A DNA stretch of 44,214 nucleotides from Perkinsus chesapeaki ATCC PRA-425 (Eukaryota; Protista; Perkinsozoa), in NCBI GenBank assembly GCA_013115145.1, contig JAAPAO010000272.1, forward strand, positions 1-44,214, given 5' to 3'. Of this stretch, positions 34,322-44,214 are shown one piece after another. The notes under the pieces were generated by a model. That model made no database searches. It was not told where the DNA came from and saw only the letters and a program-made list of their open reading frames with translations. A program made the translations under genes and the position numbers. Each line of letters starts with the position of its first letter. Positions within the stretch are counted from its first letter, which is position 1.

Positions 34322-36863
34322 TCATCTTCGCCTCGGATATCCGGCGCCACCATTTCGCTTCGCTTTTTTCGTAGCCGTAACGGTAGCACTTTCAACCTTC
34401 TCCTGCTTCTCACTAGTGCCAGCCGTAGGCTCACAGGTGCCTCGAATCATCTGAAACGGCAGGAAGTTAACTTACCACGCCGGAATGGGCGGCATCTTAC
34501 CTGGTCAAGTTCACTAGCGAAATGATCCAAGCCGAATTTATCTCGAACCCACTCTTCGCAAGCTTTCCCTCTGGTGGCCTAAACTCTCTATAAATAATGA
34601 ATACCGCTCCTTCGCTACGTCTTTATGTTGGAACTCCTTCATGGCACGGCAAAACTCATAGGGTTCAGCAGGCCCCTCGGCACACAGTCGACCTGTTTTA
34701 CCATCACATATGCTCTCCAGGGGACCACCGCTACTAGGAGCGATAACCGGAGTACCTTGAGTATCCAAAGGTTGACCATGCAAGATACAAAACAGGCCAG
34801 CTCACCTAGCGCCATACTTTCACATGGAACAATACCGAAATGCTCTCGACTTGGCGTGTACAGAGTGGCCAATGCATTCCGTAGCAGCCATAATCTCACA
34901 TTATCAGATACTGATCGCATAAACACTACTTCTGGTACCACATATTGGGCTTGTTTCTAATAAAGGTAAGTTCAATACCACTACCACACATCATCCCAAC
35001 CTTCAGCTCCTTGTAGTGCTCAACATTCTCCGGCACTCTAGAGTCGTATCCACCAGCAATGACCAGACGTGGTGGCATGGGGCCAGTGGCATGGCCATCT
35101 GCCTTAGACGAACTCAAAAACAGCTTATATGCTTCCACAGCAAGGCCTATATTCTTCTTCCTCTCGTATCTGAATGTAACATAGGAGCCACCAATGGATA
35201 TACGTATTATTATATAATGTAATAGCAAATTAGATCTTCTATCAGTAAATATTTACCGCTAGTCTCAGTTAAATGACACAATTCTCACAAGACTTAACAA
35301 TAATATTCTCATAGTCGCCAAAAAAGCATCACCCACCTGCGAGAGTAACCCAATCTCATATTACGCGATGTAATGTCATTTACGGATGGAGAAATCGGAC
35401 CCTGGTGAGTTTTAAACTCACCACATTACGCCGTGATAGCGTCACTGGAGATCTACCAAATCTGTTTTACTGTTATACCAGTGCGCCCAACGTCTTATGA
35501 ATAACATTTAATACCAAACTTCCGTCAAATCCCTCCTATTACTACCTATTCAAGGATACATAGAATCCACTTTTAATAAGTTCTGCTGCTATACTAGGAT
35601 CCATCTCATCCTTAGATGGTATCTTAGGTCCATCCTTCAAGAAGGCATCTGTCGCTGATAGGTCCACAGGTGGATAAACCACCTATATAGACAATATAGG
35701 GCCATTTACCGTGTATTTTGTTACCCTAAGTTCCATGTTCTTCAACGATGGAAATGTCGCCCTTGTTGTCTGTCTAGTGAAGTTACTATTAACTGCTATA
35801 CAGTCCGCCATACCAGTAGTTAACTCCTCCATACGGTCAACAGGGTATCTAATCAACCTCGAAAATATCTTTCACTTATGGCAGCCCGGAAATGCGCACC
35901 ACCAAGCCCAGCATAGCCTTTGATAACCGATTAGACCGTAGAGTCATTGGCAAATAGTCTCATTAAGAGCGTATTGACTATAAAGAGACTATTAGTAATA
36001 CTCAGATTTTCGACCATATAACGGTTCCTGCCTACTGGATACAGCACCCATGTCCCTTATTACCTATACAAGCGTTTAATGGCAAGCTTCCTATCAGCAC
36101 ATAGAAGCTGATCTGGAAAATGACAATAGAAGACAACACGAGGAGCTATCAGATGGAGGAGTGGGTTAATAAAGGATACCTGGGGGGGCAAGATTGAGGG
36201 AAAAGTCGGTATGAGAAGTTACTTGGTCATTTATGGCGACGTCAAATCTGGCACCAGAGAGAAAGGCGTATACACAAAGATAAATCATGCGGATAATCGC
36301 ACATACCACAGTAAAGTGACCGAGTACAGTACCTGACCTTTTTTGTATCTTGCACGCTCAACCTAAAGATTCCTACGTGGTAGCCAGTCCCCCGCTACAG
36401 TGACCTTTAAGGTACCATCTTTAGTAGATTGAAAGCAATGGTTAACGTCATGATGGGACGTATAAAACTCCACATGGTGGCCAAGTCTAACCTTACAGCT
36501 CTTCCTTATCACACCTGTTATTTACCTTTGTAAGCCTTCTGCTGCAGACACTACTAGATTTTCGGCACCCCCAATACCGAGGTCAAGATGGAAGAACACC
36601 TATGAGATTACTAATGATAAAGCACCACGGTGGCAGATGACAACCCTGGTAAAGATCAGCGCACAAATGGGTTGCTAATGGCGCTCTACTATAGTGGCCT
36701 TTTTCCATATGGTTTTTCACTGCCAAATGGTAGTGTTTTCTCAATCACCAGCTTAGCTCGCTTATATAGCCGTTCAATATCACTATTCAACGTAACGATG
36801 CCTTCCCATTTCCCTTACAACTCGTAATGGTTCCTTTCCTTCCTTTGCCATATCTGCCACCAT
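34322..36863 (-). CDS. ALG2: Alpha-1,3/1,6-mannosyltransferase ALG2 (GT4), many exons
   Basis: KEPLRV|[93 protein letters not shown] and GGPLESI. Confidence 0.93.
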
Positions 36864-37117
36864 CAACAATAATCGATCACCAGGGCGCGCGCTTTTTTCA
36901 AACCTGATCTATAAGGCCGTGCGCTGTGAACGCGTGTCACAAGTCTTTAGATGAAATCGGATGTGATGGCGATTTAACGACGTTGAACTGAGTCCTTCGG
37001 ACGATGATGTGACATGTATTAGGCTAGGGTATTATTAATCCCACTGTGATTTGAGATATACTAGCCCTTAACGACGCCATTGCATCTTTGATTTCCAGTG
37101 ACTTTGGTTCTAGAACT

Positions 37118-38119
37118 ATGAAAGGTGGCAGCTTTGGCAAGGGTAAAGGCAAGGGCAAGGGCTCTGGTAAAGGCAAGGGCTTCAGCGGCAAAGGCGGCAA
37201 GGGAAAGGGTAAAGGAAAAGGAGGAAAAGGAAAGGGAGGAAAAGGAAAGGGAGGACCTAAGGGAGCCAACAAGGTCATCGTAGAGCCTCATCGTTTCGAA
37301 GGCTGCTTCGTGTCCCGAGGCAAAGATGAGGCCCTTCTTACCCGTAACATGGTCCCTGGTGAGAGTGTCTATGGTGAGAAGCGTATCACTGTTGAGAAGC
37401 CAGTAGAAGGTCAAGATCAACCTGAGAAGATTGAATACCGTGTCTGGAACCCATTCCGTTCCAAGCTTGGTGCTACCATTGTTGGTGGTGTTGCTAATAT
37501 GCCTATTAAACCTGGTAGCAAGGTTCTCTATTTGGGTGCTGCTTCTGGTACTACTGTATCACACGTCAGTGATATGGTTGGCCCCACTGGCTGTGTCTAT
37601 GCCGTTGAATTTGCTCATCGTCCTGGTCGTGATTTAACCAACATGGCCAAGAAGCGTCCCAATATTGTAAGGCAGTGTATTCTTTATATAACAACATGTC
37701 TCTTCTTCTCAGGTGCCTATCATCGAGGATGCTCGTCAGCCTCTTCGCTATAGAATGTTGGTGCCTATGGTTGATGTGATCTTCGCTGATGTTGCCCAGC
37801 CCGATCAAGCTCGTATTGTAGCTGTTAACGCTCAGAACTTCCTCAAGAACCACGGATGGTACATTATATCCATCAAGGCTAACTGTGTTGATTCCACTGC
37901 CGCTCCAGAGGCTGTTTTCGCCAGTGAGATTGAGAAGCTTAAGAAGGATAAACTGAAGTAAGTGTGCCGTTGTTGTTGTTGTTGTTGTTAAAGATGTTGA
38001 TGATTGCCTCCTTGTTTATTATTAGGCCTAAGGAACAGCTTACTTTGGAGCCTTATCATAGAGATCATGCTGTTGTTATTGGCCAATACCAACCATTGAA
38101 GCATAAGAAGGCTGAGTAG
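37118..38119 (+). CDS. NOP1: Fibrillarin (box C/D snoRNP 2'-O-methyltransferase), 3 exons, Gly-Lys N-terminal repeat
   Basis: [71 protein letters not shown] and [17 protein letters not shown]. Introns at about 37668-37712 and 37959-38025. Confidence 0.98.
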
Positions 38120-38173
38120 TTGCTGCTGCGATTTACCATAATCATCCTCAATACCGCCTAAGTCACTATCTGC

Positions 38174-38211
38174 AGCTATCTGGAGGTTAGTAATAACCTC
38201 CAGCCTTGGCT
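38174..38211 (+). other. Stem-loop with GNRA (GUAA) tetraloop downstream of fibrillarin
   Basis: Perfect 10-bp stem CTGGAGGTTA/TAACCTCCAG (38180-38203), extendable by AGCTA/TGGCT across a small internal loop. Confidence 0.5.
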
Positions 38212-38585
38212 AACGTTTCTACCATTAATAATACTAATGACATTGGGTTGAATAGTCTTATTATTATTGTTGTCAATGTGACGGCTGGTTTCTTCTTGAT
38301 TTTCAGGGAACTTCTCCCAGACCCTCTCCGCTGTAACTATCAACACCTAACCCTTAACAGATGTTACAGCCCTAGCAATTGGCTAATACCAAGTTTAATA
38401 ACATATATACTGTTCAACGTCAATGCACTGCTCTAGGACCCAGACAGGATACCTGGCAGGATATATTCATGCTCGAGTAAAGCAGCCTAAGGGAAAGCTT
38501 TAAATTATAGTTGACCACAGTTTACCTATTTTTTATTCCAAGACTGGCAGAAGCATTATGGTATTTATTATTAATAGTTTTGATA

Positions 38586-41500
38586 ATGTCAACAGTGGCA
38601 GAGTTTCCACCAGAGAGATCAGTCCCTCTGAGTAGCGAGGCGACTGCTCTCGAGAAAAAGCTCATAAATGATATAAATGATACAAAGACAACACAAGACG
38701 CATTACAGTTATTAGGAAAGATCAACGTAAATTGCCAGAATTAATAGCAGTAGTAATGGTTAACCTTTAGTCCGAGCTAAGGACCAATACAACACTCCGT
38801 CAAGTGGCCCCAGGCCTGCTGAGCCCTATGATGGACCTGGCTAAGGGGGGCCTGTTAGAGAGCTCTCGTGAAGGAAGGAAGCTTCTTAATAATACCATGT
38901 AGAAGCTGACGGACTTAGAAAAAGCTTATAAATGTTGTCAGATGTGAAATTTGTGTAGTGTCTCGACCTCGAGAGTGCTACACATTCCTGATGGAGGCAA
39001 TGTCCTTATTACCTGATAGAGCTGTAGGTGTTAGGATAGAGGCTATTACGATGTAATGGGTATCTTAGGAAGAGGTAGCCAATACTAGCACCTTTATGGC
39101 AGCTGCTGGGCTGCTTAGAGGCTTATCACGGTTAATGTCAAGTGTACAGACTGGAAGGATGAGAAGTGATAGAGCAAGGTAGAAGAGGGATAAACCCTAT
39201 GCGATAGAATTGTGGATGTAGATTGGTAAGAAAATTGTCCAGCGCCGACCTGAATGAGTTATGGATCGAATTTGAGAGCGAGTCGTATACCCACGAGAAG
39301 GGCTACAAATTTACAAATAACTCATTCACTTTGCCGCTGGACAGATTTTCCGGGACCAGTCTTCTGCACACAAGCAATGCTTGATAGAGATACGTGTAGT
39401 GTCATTGGTAGTTCAGTTGCAACTATCATTGGTATCAAGGACATTTGGAACAACTCCATGGAAGCAATTCACTTGAAATAATTGAATCCTTGAAATCCTC
39501 AATGACGGCAGCTTTAGGCCCCTTTTTATTAGCTCCCTCATAAAAGACTGATGAGGACTATTTATCAAAGATCCACACCACCCTCACCTGTCAGGTATCT
39601 TGTCGGCATAGTTGCCCTCATACAACGCAAGTTCTTTGCTGAACCATCTGACCGTGTGAATTCATCCTGGAATACCAAGAATGATTCCGAGCTTTTAGAG
39701 GAGCTCACAGGGGCCTGTCTGGAGCTCATAAGAACATACGGTTATGACTTTACCGTTGGTGCAGATATGCAGGAGGATTCTAAGGAGGCTTCGTGTCGAT
39801 TAGAGGTAGTCTCTCTTACCTTTGTTTAGGTCTGTTGGTAGGCCTAACAGGTACTAACATCTTTAGCATGCTTAGTGTCTGAGGAGCTATGTCGAAGGGT
39901 CTCTGACCATAGGCTTCATATGCCTTTATTGGGGGATGCTCCTGAGGAGTATCAACTGCAGGAAGGATTAATAGGGAAGCTTCTGGCAGATGGTGATATA
40001 TAGACACGGGGGCTCCGACTATTAGCGGAATATGTTAATAATAATGATCTGAGTGGCACTGACCTCACAGTGGCCTTCTTATAGTTGACTTTGTCATCGG
40101 TTAATAGCCCGAAGTACCTGGAAGACCCTGGGGTTTCGAAGAGGGACAATTACACATTCCACTATGGCACTGAAGAGTATTGGCACGTGTTCTCTTCAGT
40201 TAATAATACCGTGTCATCATCTTCTGGTATACAGCAATACGCCTATAGTAGAGTCCTTACAATGGTACCACATGAGGAGACTGGGTAAGAAGAAGTCAGA
40301 TTAGCAATCTTTAAAAGGATGTTATTATAGGTTAATGCAGAGTAGTGATGGTGTTAGTGCTTTGGATATGGCACAGTGCAGGCTAGGTTGGTTGGTTATT
40401 GCATGTGTTGAGCGTCCTAAGGCAGCAGCATCATCATCAGCAGCTGGATGGATGCCATTAGTTTGGTCACATGCTACTTACACTCATGTTTATGCATGTA
40501 AGCACAACGAAGGGCTTTAGTGGGCACTGACAACGAAGAAGAATAAGCAGATGATCGCAATCCTAGTCGGGTTTTGGTATGCAAAACTCCGCGAGCTAAT
40601 AAAAGGCACCGTGGATGAATGCCTCTCTGTCAGTGAAATCCGATACTCATATCAGTATTGAAAAAAGGCAATATGTCAGGTACAGTTCAGCTCTTATTTG
40701 AGATAAACGATGTTGTGGCTATACGTACTGGACTGTAGGCTACGATCACGTCTCTGTTAACGTTTATTTCTATGCTCTTTAGACGGTTATATGGCAAACA
40801 GCTGCAGGAGCATCTACCATGCCAAACCTACCAAGAGTCAGGGAGACAGCAAAGATGGAATCCTCCACAGCTGTTCAGGCATGTGTTGGAGATATCTGTT
40901 ACTAGTGATGAGCTTGTGGTAGGTTGTGGAGTCGTCGTTAAGTATCTGAAATCGGCTTTATATTGTTGCTTTATATACAACAGGAAGTCGGCAAATTTTG
41001 AACCGGGGCTAACATTCCTACTATTGGAATTGGCTACTCTTATGACCTTCTCATCATCAGGAGAATGCATTTGCCAAGTCAAACCATCAATAATTGAAAA
41101 ATAATCAATCAATCGGCTGGAGCCCTTTCCACATAGTCTAATTGACTCTGTATTACGGTGACATAAGTTCCATGGACCGTTTGCAGTGTTAATTTGAAGG
41201 CAGATGCTAGGCTTATGTATGTTAGATGACATTGAAGGAGCGTCAGACCATCTATACCATAACAGAGATGGACCTACGAACTTTACCGATAGAGGAGAGA
41301 TTCGATGTAACTGCACGGCGGCGCAGCTCACATGGATATGCTTTATTTCAGACATATTATCAAATTGAGAAGTCGAGCGGAGTAGACCAAGTAATTGGTA
41401 TTATATTAAAACTGTATAAGGATGATTGGTGGTCTGAAGTACGTGTTATTCTTCAGAGTTATTTCCTATAGATATTATTATTAGGTTTTGAAGCAGCCTC

Positions 41501-42005
41501 ATGTTGTTCGGCTTAGTTTGGTTAATCGTTTTAGAGATGCTGTTACTGCAGCTTTATCGGGAGACTTCAAAGTAGCCATCTGCACTCTGCTGCACTTGAA
41601 CAATTTGGGCGTTCTTTACAGGTTGTCGATGGCACCGATACGATAATAGGGGCAGCTAATTGGTGTAGACTAGTCTGGCTTGCTGATCCTACTACCAATG
41701 CCACAGCCAGGCATATAAGGTCATCTCAATGGCTTACTGGTGTGGTAACGTCTATGGTGGAGAATGTTGCAAATCAAATAGATGCTGAATTGTCAATTGT
41801 GAAGCGACAGGGAGGAGATGATCAGCAGCAGCAGCAGCAGCTAAAAGGTGTGGAAATTAGCAGACTGGAACTGGTGGCCGATACTGTTGCAAGATTAAGG
41901 GAATTATTAAATACTAATAGCCTGGTGAAGAAGGAGGCCAATACCTCCGAAGATACTATTATGAAGAGTGATGCTGGTAACATTGATAATAATAACACTG
42001 TTTAG
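38586..42005 (+). CDS. Glomulin/ALF4/Ybp1-like HEAT-repeat protein, many exons
   Basis: Helical exons and family-like segments recalled from glomulin/Ybp: WMPLVWSH, LRTLPIEERFD|TYYQIEKSSGVDQVIGIILKLYKDDWW, VVDGTDTIIGAANWCRLVWLAD and terminal RLELVADTVARLRELL. Confidence 0.5.
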
Positions 42006-42526
42006 AATAATACTGCAGTTTCTATTGTTTCTATTCCATTATGTAATTCGCGTTGATTGGTAAGACCTTTTGTTAATGATCTCGGTGTTTGTTGGGGTTG
42101 GTGCTTGTAAGCATCCAGAAAACCTTCCAGTCATGATATATCCGCCATAAACATTGTGGGTGTCGTCTATACTTACTGCAGGGCAATTCAGAGGTATCAT
42201 CGGAGGTAAGAATGTTTGTTGGTCAGACGTTGGGAGATAGTTTTACTGCCGAAGTGCTTCCTTCGTTGTTTCACTGCCTCCGACCTTGACGAGACGAGTC
42301 TCGAGGCATGGAATAGGAAGTCCTCAGTTTTATTCGGCTACAGTTCTTTGTGTTGTGTTACAAGCAAGTTATTGAACACAACAGATACACTTTTCGGCCG
42401 AGTGATCAATGAAAGTCTATATAAATGGTTTCAGACGCTCCAGTAAAAAATAAAAGGCAACTGAATAAAACCGCGGTGATATCAATAAACCTCAATTCCT
42501 TCGCTGAAGGCCTTGAGCTTCCTATC

Positions 42527-43612
42527 CTACTTCAAATATTCAGCAATAGTAATAGTTCGTGAGTCTAGATCGAAAGACGAGAAGAACGTTGTGAAGAAAG
42601 AGCTACCGAGAGTGGCTTGTGAGCCATCGCAAAACCGAAGAGCAAGTTCACACAATGTACCATTACATCCATTGATATATTTCTCGGGGGGAATGCTTAT
42701 AACAAAAGGACGCTGCTGATCTCCGACATTGAACGTGAGTGTCGGGAAGTATCTTTGCCCTTTGTCTGTGATATACCAAACTCCATTCGTGGACTCGAGG
42801 TGCACCCCGGGCCCAGCGAAAGATAAGATCTTAATAAGAAGGCCTTGAAATATATACCTCGGGATAACAAAAGGAGTTGACCCAGAGTCGAAGATAACAC
42901 CGCCATTTTCTGCTTGCCGCACGAATGTTTCCCCGGTAGAGCTGACTAGACCATAAGAGAAGAGATTCGATTCGAAGTGACTATCCTCACGGGGTTCTGT
43001 CATCGGAATTGTAGTAACAGGCCCCTCGAAAACACACAACCAAAACCATAAACCGAATATTATATATCCGGTAAATGAACTCACATCACCATCGCAACAT
43101 ATCGATACTGCGTACTTGCTGATTATATTATTCTTGTAAAGGTGGCGCGTCAATGTGTCAGGATTAGCGTAATCATCGAAAGCAAGACCAAGAAGATTCA
43201 CCGGCCTCCAGTTTGGCAATAGTGGGCTAGGAGCGTAACCTATAATTAAACGGATCTTCATGTTCAGCTGGTATTCCCCGACTACGACGGTGCTTTCATG
43301 CAAGACAGTGATAAGCTTCCCACCATTAGCGAGTGTGACGATGTATGTATCTTCAGCATAAGGATTACATTTGCCAGGGCAAGAATAGCAGCCTGTTTGT
43401 AAATGCTCGCAGGCACACTGACCGTAGGTTTTCTTATACCAGTCTTTATAAACGAGATAAATGCCACTGAGCCTTGTATCGATATGCATTTTCAAAGGCT
43501 GTCCATCGAACGACACTCCAGTAGCAATACCGTCTTCGAAAGGTAAAAGCACCTTGCTGCATGCCAAAGGATACCAACCACCTAGGACGATCAAGATAGT
43601 CGATGGTTGCAT
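42527..43612 (-). CDS. Pepsin-like (A1) aspartyl protease homolog, intronless, with signal peptide; first catalytic motif altered (DTR)
   Basis: Signal MQPSTILIVLGGWYPLACS, MHIDTRLSG (DTG expected), Cys insert CACEHLQTGCYSCPGKC, NLLGLAF, IFDSGST, PTLTF, ATLGSSFFTTFFSSFDLDSRTITIA. Confidence 0.88.
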   Translation of the reverse strand: MQPSTILIVLGGWYPLACSKVLLPFEDGIATGVSFDGQPLKMHIDTRLSGIYLVYKDWYKKTYGQCACEHLQTGCYSCPGKCNPYAEDTYIVTLANGGKLITVLHESTVVVGEYQLNMKIRLIIGYAPSPLLPNWRPVNLLGLAFDDYANPDTLTRHLYKNNIISKYAVSICCDGDVSSFTGYIIFGLWFWLCVFEGPVTTIPMTEPREDSHFESNLFSYGLVSSTGETFVRQAENGGVIFDSGSTPFVIPRYIFQGLLIKILSFAGPGVHLESTNGVWYITDKGQRYFPTLTFNVGDQQRPFVISIPPEKYINGCNGTLCELALRFCDGSQATLGSSFFTTFFSSFDLDSRTITIAEYLK

Positions 43613-44063
43613 GACAACTTGAACACTAACTACTTTAACCAACTCTCTGTAACGCAATTCACGACCTCAAAGAGACTTTATATCCTTCGGGTCATTTGAA
43701 AAGTGACTATAAACCGAAACTGTCTGTCCGCCAGTTAGAAATAACTGACGAGCACGCATGCGCAAGGGGAAGGCACGCATTGGATGGAGCGGCGGGGCGT
43801 AGTTCATGACGCTCCACCAACGAAACCATTAGAATGCTGTGCTTTACGGACGTATGACAGCGCAGAAGCTTACTCTACGTAAGCTTATGTAGATCAGATC
43901 AGATCACTCATAGACTCACATTGATTGCAAGCTGAATGACAGCATATCCAAAGCTTAGCACTACATTTAAAGAACGTGTGCATGCGTGCTGGGGAGCTGT
44001 TAAAATACTTGATACACTTCGCAGCGTTGTGTGCGCAACGGTGAGCTTCATAGTTCGAACAAA

Positions 44064-44214
44064 ATGCGATACTTGTTCGTTGAGATCGCTTTTACCAGCT
44101 GGTATCTTATGGCACGTGGCGAGATATCTTTGCCTTTCGGGGACGGTGTTATCAATGGAGTCAGATTCGACGGACAACCGATCCAACTATACATGGATAC
44201 TGGCCTTAGTGGAA
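44064..44214 (+). CDS. Pepsin-like aspartyl protease, 5' part (truncated by window end), intact DTG
   Basis: MRYLFVEIAFTSWYLMARGEISLPFGDGVINGVRFDGQPIQLYMDTGLSG, colinear with the N-terminus of the 42527-43612 protein. It is too short to appear in the ORF track. Confidence 0.85.
   Translation, partial: MRYLFVEIAFTSWYLMARGEISLPFGDGVINGVRFDGQPIQLYMDTGLSG

Noticed and set aside
37024-37278. Pro/Leu/Phe-rich minus-strand ORF
   Set aside because: It is the reverse-complement reading of the fibrillarin Gly-Lys repeat.
37966-37990. (GTT)n run, plus scattered (CAG)n/(CAT)n runs
   Set aside because: Ordinary intronic or low-complexity microsatellites with no spacer structure; not CRISPR-like.
40828-41355. 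175-aa minus-strand ORF
   Set aside because: Antisense to exons of the glomulin-like gene and has no recognisable domain.

Overview
Gene-dense, intron-rich eukaryotic nuclear DNA. It is most likely an alveolate of the Perkinsus type: short 30-70 nt GT-AG introns, a Perkinsus-style pepsin-like protease family and relict-plastid genes. This assignment is inference, not a database hit. Genes lie in same-strand blocks with very short spacers. Recognisable genes: tRNA-Ala(AGC), NRAMP, ferredoxin-thioredoxin reductase catalytic chain with a long hydrophobic leader, a guanylate-binding-protein/atlastin-type GTPase, two tandem signal-peptide GNAT acetyltransferases each followed by a tRNA-Arg(CCT) copy (one intact, one decayed), a C1orf52/DUF4660-like gene, a CULT/Yippee-like Zn-fold protein with a long RRxS-rich tail, bifunctional RibBA, three tandem type-I membrane proteins, glutaredoxin, exosome Rrp46, two tandem delta-COP genes lacking the mu-homology domain, ALG2, fibrillarin, a glomulin/ALF4-like protein and a head-to-head pair of pepsin-like proteases. 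Most unusual observations: (1) fibrillarin whose RGG/GAR domain is replaced by an arginine-free Gly-Lys repeat; (2) an apparently plastid-targeted FTR in a probably non-photosynthetic organism; (3) truncated delta-COP paralogs with patchwork gene conversion; (4) secretory GNATs; (5) a degenerate cereblon-like domain; (6) a DTG/DTR protease pair. Exon boundaries were read by eye and are approximate. No CRISPR, rRNA or transposon was seen.
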